The notes beneath the pieces are model-generated. The model worked only from the letters and a program-made list of their open reading frames with translations, searched no databases and had not been told where the DNA came from. From the human T2T-CHM13v2.0 reference genome, Homo sapiens, in NCBI RefSeq assembly GCF_009914755.1, contig NC_060930.1: a DNA stretch of 64,000 nt. One strand, 5' to 3'. Shown piece by piece: positions 55,682 to 64,000 of this stretch. Made by a program: the position numbers and the translations under genes. Position 1 is the stretch's first letter, and every line of letters begins with the position of its first letter.

Positions 55682-58600
55682 TGAGCCTCATTTTTTAATT
55701 TGTAAAATGAGAGACTAGTATTTGAAAAATCTCTAACATTTTTTCTAGATCTTGTCATTTATGGCTCTATGAAATGTCCTTATCCTCCAGCACTGCTTTG
55801 CCAAGTTTTCATTGTAGCAAATTAAAATAAAAGAATATCAACCAGGATTCATCTTAGAGGGGGCAAAAAAATCTTTATTTAATAAATGTTATTAATGACA
55901 TCCATGAGTCATTTGGTTGAAAAAAGTAGGCCCCAATCCAGTCTAAAGGAAGAATGCAGAATAAAAAATATGATGAATTTATGTATTTAATTAAACGAAT
56001 GAGATTGGATTTATTTTCCTTTCTTTTCTGTTTTTTCCTTTTCTTTTTCTTTTTTTGTTTGCTGCCCTCTCCCCCCAAAAGAGAAGACGAAGAGAGGCAG
56101 CAAAGGTAGGATGAGTGAGCAATGAGATGGGGCAGCCAAAGGATTTTTCAAAGCAGCTATGCCTAATGTGCCATTTTTAGATGTGCACATTACTAGGCTG
56201 TACGTTTATATCCCCAGCACCTGCAGTAATCACTGCATCTCAGAAAGCCTTTGTGCAAGTGATTTTTGGTGGAAACTAAGAAAAGAGGCAGGGTTTCAGT
56301 AAAGGGAATAAATGAATGGGGAAAGAAGCAGGGACAGAGCCTGGTGAGGAAGGCGCTGGATTTTCCAGAGGACCTGGAGTGGGGATTCAGGCCAGTGTTA
56401 TCTAGGTCTTAACGGCAGGGAGAGCCCAGCCCACATCTGGTTTACATATCCTTTTCCCCTTTATCATCTTCTCTACAAAACCTTTGCTGAGCCTTTCCAA
56501 ATGGTGATCCACCCACGGCACCACATTTTAATAATTTCTTGTAAGACATTTACCCTATTCTGCCCTGATTTATAGTTATCTGTACATCTGCCTTACACAG
56601 TATACTAGATCGTGCACTCTTTAGGGACTCTGGCCTTACAGTGCCAATGATAGTAAATGCTCAATGGTAATTTATTGAATGGAATTTCTTTCTCAGCCAT
56701 CGTCCTCTATTCTCCTAGAGGCTTTTAGTTGGGATGAGTCACACTGTTGACACATAGCAAATATTAACAATGACAATGAATGTGAACACCAGGGGTATTT
56801 CATATTTGCAAAAAAATAATATCTGGAGTGCTTGCAAGTAGGAAATCATATATATGTGCTTGGGGTGGGATGGGGAAGGCAGGCTTCACCACTAGTTATT
56901 TTACCGCTTTCTCAACTGACAAAGATCCACATGGAATATACTTTCATCCCCTATATAAAATTAATTGTACAGCTGATCCAGAGAAAACTGTATGAACAAA
57001 TTTAACCTCATGACTTCCACTATTTTATAATAAAAGGCTTAAAGCATAATGTGAGCTTTTTTTAGATGTAAAGTTCCGTGTGAGTAGTGTGTTGTTAATT
57101 TCATATTAATGCAGGGTGCCAGCAGAACTCAGCACAGAATCTAAAGAAGGAAATCATGTTCCTGCAGCTCTGATATCTGGTGAGCAGGGTTTGGCTAATT
57201 TTTTACTTTCTCTTAGATGAACTGAACATCCTTCCCACAATGATGCAGCACAGACCTTTGCAACACGTTTATCTCCCCAGTTCCCCCTGCTAACAATCAA
57301 GAAACAAAAGAGAGACAATTATTTGCTAAAACATAGCTGCGTTACCAGCAAATGTGCAGACTCTACTGAGCATTAATTGATATTTGTACTCCATTACCTA
57401 CTTCTCTTTGAGAAGGAGACCTCACAAAGTTGACATGTTTTTCCTATTTGTATGCATTGGATATAGCTTCCGACCTTACCTTATGCATATTCCTGGGAGT
57501 TAGATGTGAGATATTATTTTTGTACACCTCAGTGAAAATTGGACAACACTGTATCATCTGCCCATAATGAGCTTCCTCGCAGAGAAGACGAAAATCGAAT
57601 CACAATCTTTTCCTCGAACATGCTTCAGGTGTTGTCCTATTTCTTTGGAAGTCTTCATGAAATCTATATCCCAGAAATTAAACTAGAGTCATTTTCTCCC
57701 TGACCACAGAGTTTTATCTGAATTGAAACCTTCCCCTAAAGTTGGTGTGATGTTCCTTTCTGAGTCCTGCTCTTGCACAATCACTACGGTGTCTGATGAC
57801 ACATTTTTTCTTCCATTTCTGTCTTATCGTATTCCTTTTACTACCACTTAATGTGGTTCTTTAAATAGGTTATGTGTAGGACTGGGAGGGAGGAGAGGAG
57901 TGGAGAGGTGTAGTCACAGAGCAGGCCACACTACCAGGCCACCAGAAGGGGCTCCAGCAGGCTATGTGCAAACCTCCAGCCTTGTCGTCTTTTCTCAAAA
58001 TTTTGAAAAACTTCAGGACAGAAGAAAAACAGAAGCTGAGCAATTTCCAGCAGCAGGTGGGTGGTCCCTTTAGCAGGGAGAGAATGGGTGTCCAGTGTGA
58101 CACCCTCCGGTGTCCCATGACTTGTCTGGGGGTCCAAAGGTCCTCCCTTCCTTCCCCTTCTTCCTCTCCTCTTTGTATTCACTATTCTTGTGGCTAATCC
58201 AGTAAAAGCTAAAATAGCTGTTCTAAACAGATGCATTTGGAAGACTTCATTGGGGAAAGGAGGAAGATCTGGCATCACCATGAGCTGCATGAAGAGGCTT
58301 CCCCTCTGTTTGCTTTTATATATTCCTTGAGGGCTGCCTAGCTCTTCTTGTGACAGTATCATATGCATCCACATGTTTAATAAGTTAATGAATATTAGTT
58401 AACAATGAAAAATGACTTCATGAAGCCTGCAACATTTTACTTGGCCTGCAAATGAAAACAGAAGCCATTTTGAACCCTTTTGGGGAAAAATATGGATGCT
58501 TTCACCCAACCACAGTAGCTTTCTCCATCCCATCTTGAAAGCTGCCTGCAAAACCCTGTCCCAGTCATTCTGACAGCTTTCCAGGTTAGGAGACTAAGAG

Positions 58601-60029
58601 ACACACAGTCTCCTAACTGTCTTTTACAGTGGATTCTTCTGTCTGTAATAAGCTACTTGGTTTCTCAGTACCTGGCTTTATTCCTACATCCTTTCTCAGC
58701 TCAGGGCTAGGTCCTCCCTTCACCTATCGTCCCACCAAAGGAGTTTGGGCCTCTCTCTCTCTCTCTCTCTTTTTTATTTTTTTTGGCCTAGTGGCCCTAA
58801 AGTCTTGAGCACAGAAACCTTCATTCTGATTTTAAAATTAAAACCTGCTGCCAGTGTGAGGCATGTGTGAGTGATCCTGCTGATACAAAATTGCTGGCTC
58901 TATTGTAGCCTCTATTTTTACATCTGTCAGCCAGAAAGCCACAAGGAGCTGGATGAAGAAAGGGACGATGGTTTGCCAAAGATGATGTAAGGACCCAGAC
59001 TGGCTCATATTGTGCATACAGCCAGCAACTGTTGAGTGTTGAACACGTGTTCTAATTCTACCATCTTTCCTGTCTTCCTTCTCATTTCCCCCATACAACT
59101 TGTCCACCCAACAAGTTAGGGAAAGTCAGGAGCCAGCAACACTGAGCCTATATTGCATGGAAGAGATTCCACGCACTTCAGAATGGGTAAAATATGTGCT
59201 CATCGTTCCCTATTTTAAAACCCTTATAGCACATTTTTGCCAACATTTACCAATGTGCTACCAACTGTGAATTTGTGCAAAGAATCATGCATAGCATTTC
59301 AAGGTGATAATCCCATATGTAACATTTTGCTAGGTCTCTTTCAGGGAAGTTTTCATGGCCCTCAATGGATTGTACTCCACAAACCAAGGTCTGAAGAAGA
59401 CTAGAATGCTGGGTGAAACTGAAAGTGGTGGGTTTCATAGAAAATCATGGGAAAATATCTTTACAGACTCAAAAAATCCAAATAAACAAGAGAAGCACTC
59501 TGAATAGCAGGTCAGATGTTCTATGCAGATAGTTTTAAATGGAACTTCAGATAAATACTGAATGTTCCATTTTAGATTCACGTACAGGAGTTAAAGTAAA
59601 ATTTTCTCTTCCTTCATATTGATAATGGCCCAAGCTGATCCAACACAGACAAATTAACATGTTGTAAATATCCTGAAGGAAAAGTTGATAAATCAGCTCC
59701 TGTTCTTTTCACTTTAGGGAGAGTTTTATCAGATGATAAATAGTGGAAATGTATCTATTCTGAACTCAGAATCACTGCTTTGCAAAAAAGTCATTTTTAA
59801 GCTAGTTTACAAGTTCAAATCATTTCAAAGCTGGCTTCCTTTTTTAGTGGGCAGTCATTGAAGTAGGGGAAAAGGGGATGATCTGGAGACTTTACTGAAA
59901 GTGGTTGCGGTAAAGTAATTCCCAACACTTCTGCCTGGCTGCCTTCTTGTCTCCCTTCCCCACACCCTATAGACATCCATGTTGGTTTTAAAAGCCACAT
60001 AACTCAGAGAAAAAAATTAGCTGGGTGGA

Positions 60030-60720
60030 AGGTAGGCTTAGCCAAGACTCCACGTGGCAGCCAAGGTACAGGCCTCAGGAGGCCGCTGATCTGTCATTCA
60101 GCTCCGAGAATTCCTGCTCCTCCCCGCTTTGCCCTGGAAAGAGCGCTCTTGGGCTGCTGCTGAGAGCTCAGCCTGAAACCTCGCGTTCAGGTTCATTACT
60201 ACTTCAGCAGTTTGCAGCAGGGAGACAGGGCAGAATCCTGCTCTGATTGGCTGTCGTCCTCTGACTTAACAGCGGCCCAGCAAATCACTAGCCTGTACTC
60301 CAAGAGCATAAAGATGAATTGTAACAGCCAAGGCCCTGGGGGAGAAAAAAAGAGCAACCACCACCAAAACAAAACCGTGCACGCAGCCTCTGGAGGGACC
60401 CCGGAGAGCCCGCTCTCCTCTGCAGGAAGCCCTTCTGGGCAGGCCCGTTTGCACCCCAACGCCTGGGCACTCCGCTGAGTTCATACCATTTTCAAAGTAG
60501 GTCATTCAAAGTCATCTCAGCAGAGGAGGGAGAAGCTGTGAGCAACTGTCATCAGAGCCTGGGAGGAGGCCCAGACCTTGCACTGGAGGGTGGGGAACAT
60601 AAGGCTGGGGCCGCTGGGGCAGGAGGCGGCTACTGAGATGCTCGCTCGCCTTTCTCAAACAGCGACAGAGGCTTAAGCAGATCCACTCCCTTTGCTGTTC
60701 ACAATCGGTCAGGGACTAAC
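60030..60720. promoter_or_regulatory. Candidate distal cis-regulatory element
   Basis: Non-repeat segment with elevated GC and CpG, containing CACGTG (60051-60056), CTGATTGGCTG (60243-60253) and CTGTCA motifs. Confidence 0.45.
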
Positions 60721-63700
60721 TGTTCCAGGCAAACCTCTAGCAGGACTTAAATGATAACCTGAATGAAAATTCACTCTAAGGAGGATGATGTCATCTTTAT
60801 TCAGCTCTTTGTTCTACGTGTTCAGAAAATTCATTGTTATTTATGAAGCACGTGGGGTTTTTCTAAGAAGGCATGCTGCTACCCCCTGAGGAGAAGGCAA
60901 GTAAAAATACATGGATGTATGCAAAATTTTCCTAACTAATGTAGCAGGGAAAATACATACAAAACAAATGCATGTATCATTAGAAATATATACCTCGTAC
61001 ATGAAACACATAAAACTCACACAGTGTCATTCACTCTCACACTGATCAAAAAGGAAACCCCACTTTCTTGATCCGTGACATGCATAGACACATGTCAAAT
61101 GAGTGCTTGCAAAATATACATTGTCTTTAAACATGACCTACCTTCAGGTATCATTAAGAAGTTACCTTTGCTGTGCTATTTCCTTCATCCTGTAATACCC
61201 TCCCTTTCCTCTTCTGGCAAAACCTACCCACCTTTCAAAACTCCTTTTAAATCCTTCCTCTTTAGGAAACATTCTCTGTCTCCTGATTCTCAGTGATTAT
61301 TTCTCTCCAGCCAGAACCCCTGCAGCAATAAAAGTAGCCAATACCACACACCTAGGTATAGCTTTCATACCATGCGGTTGCTCTCTAATTGTTTATTGCA
61401 CCATAACTCCTAGAAAGCAGGGGCAGTGTCTCATACTTCAATTGTACATCCCACATATTTAGCACCAACCTATTGCTTTAAGGACAACGGAGAAATGAAG
61501 GGGAGGAGGAAGGGAGAAAACTAACATTTATCGAATGCCTAGTAGAAACTAGCTACTGCACCAAGATTACTACGGATTTCTTTTTCATTTAAAACTCATA
61601 ATGGCCCTAGTGTGGAAGATTTGCTTTCCACCATTTTAAAGATCAGGAAACAGAGGCTTAGAACAGTTACGTAACTTACCCCAAACCAAACAGCCAGTAA
61701 GGAGAGGAACCAAGATTCAAACACGGCTGTCTGACTCTCAGCTTTTTCTCCTACCCTCTGATCCTCAAGCTTGGCTGATCAGCTTTAAAAATAATCAGCT
61801 TCAGATTCCTAGGGCCCACCCCTGAACATTTTTATTTGCATTTCTAAGCCCAGGAGAGCAGGAAGTATGTATTATATTAACGGCAACGTTCCCAGCAATG
61901 CCTTCTATATAGTAGCAGTCAGCAGGTACTTGCTAAATGGCTAAGTCATTCCATCTATCTAGAGCAGTAGCTCTCAGGCCTGTCCATAAGTTAAAATCAC
62001 CTGGACCGCTGATTAAGCAATGACTCTCTCTAGGCCCTACCCCCAGAGAGATTCTGATGCAGTCGGTGTGGGGTGGGGCTGCCTGGCAGGCATCCTAGTC
62101 TTCAAAAACTCCCCAGGCAATTCACATATGCAGCCCAGGCTGAAAACCATTGGTCTGGAGTTAGGTCATGGCATCTGCAGATTTTTAAAAGCTCCACAGG
62201 TAATTTTGATCTGCAGCCACAGCTGAGAGCTACCGCCTACACATCATGCTGCCTCTCTCTGGATTTTATAAATGGGAAAGCATTACTTTCTAAAAATAAT
62301 TCTGTCAACAAGTATGGGAGTGTTCACCCAGGCACAGCAGCATACCCGTTGGGGGGATACATTATAGAAGAAACAATGGGGCCTGCTGTCACCTGATTTC
62401 TAATCTGTAACTAGCTGAGTGCTAACTTGTTCTTTGATTTTTGTCTGTCATGGGCTAGTTGGAGAATGATTTATGAAACTAGCAGACCAGGAGCCTTGTT
62501 TTGCAGCAAAGAGAAAGAGAATGAATGTCTTGCCTACTGAGCTAAGGGATGCCTTTTAACCTTTATGAGCTTGAAAAATAAAATCGTGCTAATGTGCATA
62601 TTTTCACTTATGAATACATGAGAAAGAGTGGGGAATTAAAATATTAAAATACACAGCTTTCTGCAAGTTGTGAGAGATGGGCAAGAGGAGGAAGAAAAAA
62701 GACGATGCCTGTATATAAACCCCACATACATTTCATAACACCTCTCATGATCCGGAAATCAGGGAAAATTACATACCATGGGTTTATGTGTTGTTAGCTT
62801 TTAACATTTCCTAAAGTGAATTATCCAGAGTGTATCAGAAAACAACTTAATATTAGGGAGACATGTTCTTATTACTTTATGTAATAAGCCCAACTGAAAG
62901 CTGATGCATTAAACATAACTGTAAAAGTCATTTTGCCATTATGTAATTATTATGAGCACATAAATAGCCACTGTTAAGAATCAAGGAACAGGAACACTTA
63001 AGAGTAAATTATTTTAACATTGGGGGAAAACTTTTTATATGCACCGTGAAATTTGTATGCAATTAAATAATAGATGCCATCTACTGGGCACTTAACTTTG
63101 TGCCAGGCAGTCTTCAACATGCTTTTCACTTATTCTTCACAATAAAGAGATGAAATAGATACTACTATTATCATATTCTTCTTTTACAGAGAAAAAAAAC
63201 TGAGGCACAGAGGGGCTAATCAACCTGCCCAAGGACACACAGCTAGGAAGTAGTAAACCGTGATTTAAATTCTGATTTCATAGCTGATGGTATACATAAA
63301 AAATAACGTTTTCCTGATGCTGATGTTATGTTGTTTTAAGCAATTGCATCTTTTTCATTTTATGAGACCCTGACATATGGTAATCAGAGAAAACAGATTT
63401 CCTGAGGGAAAGTCACCATTGCTCATCCCAAACTTAATTCCACAAGCTGTCTTTTAGTTTCTACTACTAAACACAATTTCTAAAATACCTTTCTCACAGT
63501 ACTGACATCCAGAACAACAAATAGGAAAAGCCCCACTTATGTGTAAGCTACCGTGCAGGGCTGGAAAATAAGCCAAACACAGCCCTTGTATCCCTTGTCT
63601 TTAAGAATCTTTTTAAAAATGCAGACGGATCCCCTAAATTTAAAATCTTTCTATGACTTTTTCCTCTTCACATCCCAAGCCCCCATGGTGAGAGCCGTCA

Positions 63701-64000
63701 GGATTTGGCCCTCCAGCTCCCGTTCCTCCTCTCTCCCTTGATGGGTTGAGCTTCAGCCACACTGGGCTTCTCCAGAGCTTTGAATGCTCCCAGTCCTTTC
63801 TAAGGTGAGGGTTTCCACAGGCACTGTTCCCACCACCCCACAAGAGTTCCTCCTTGCCTACTCTTGCTGCCACTGGAAACTCCTACCTGCAGTAGATGAC
63901 TGCCCAAACATCCCTTTCCCAGGAAATTCTTCCCTGATGGGTGGGACCAGGTCCTGCCTCTCTGCTAGAATTTCTCACAGCCTCCTCTACTTTTCATTTC

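Overview
Primate (very probably human) genomic DNA, not microbial. Three minus-strand exons match, from recall, the 5' end of the ATXN1 (ataxin-1/SCA1) mRNA at 6p22.3: exon 1 at 17993-~18185, a 49-nt cassette exon at 10738-10786 and a 115-nt exon at 9923-10037. All have canonical GT-AG sites and all are 5'UTR; the ATXN1 CDS and its pathogenic CAG tract are outside the window, to the left. A ~3 kb CpG-island promoter spans ~16350-19460. The ~45 kb to its right is repeat-rich intergenic DNA: Alus, L1s, L2/MIR, MaLR LTRs including a complete MSTA element, and DNA-transposon relics including MER85. No convincing canonical protein-coding ORF is present. The most interesting signal is a possible splicing-to-translation switch in the ATXN1 leader. 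The ~357 exonic nt contain a single stop triplet across all three frames. That stop overlaps the first AUG (TGATG) and lies in the cassette exon, which is followed immediately by ten YCAY (NOVA-type) motifs. An in-frame GUG in strong Kozak context opens a frame of at least 105 codons. Repeat subfamily names and the boundaries of old repeats are by eye and approximate.
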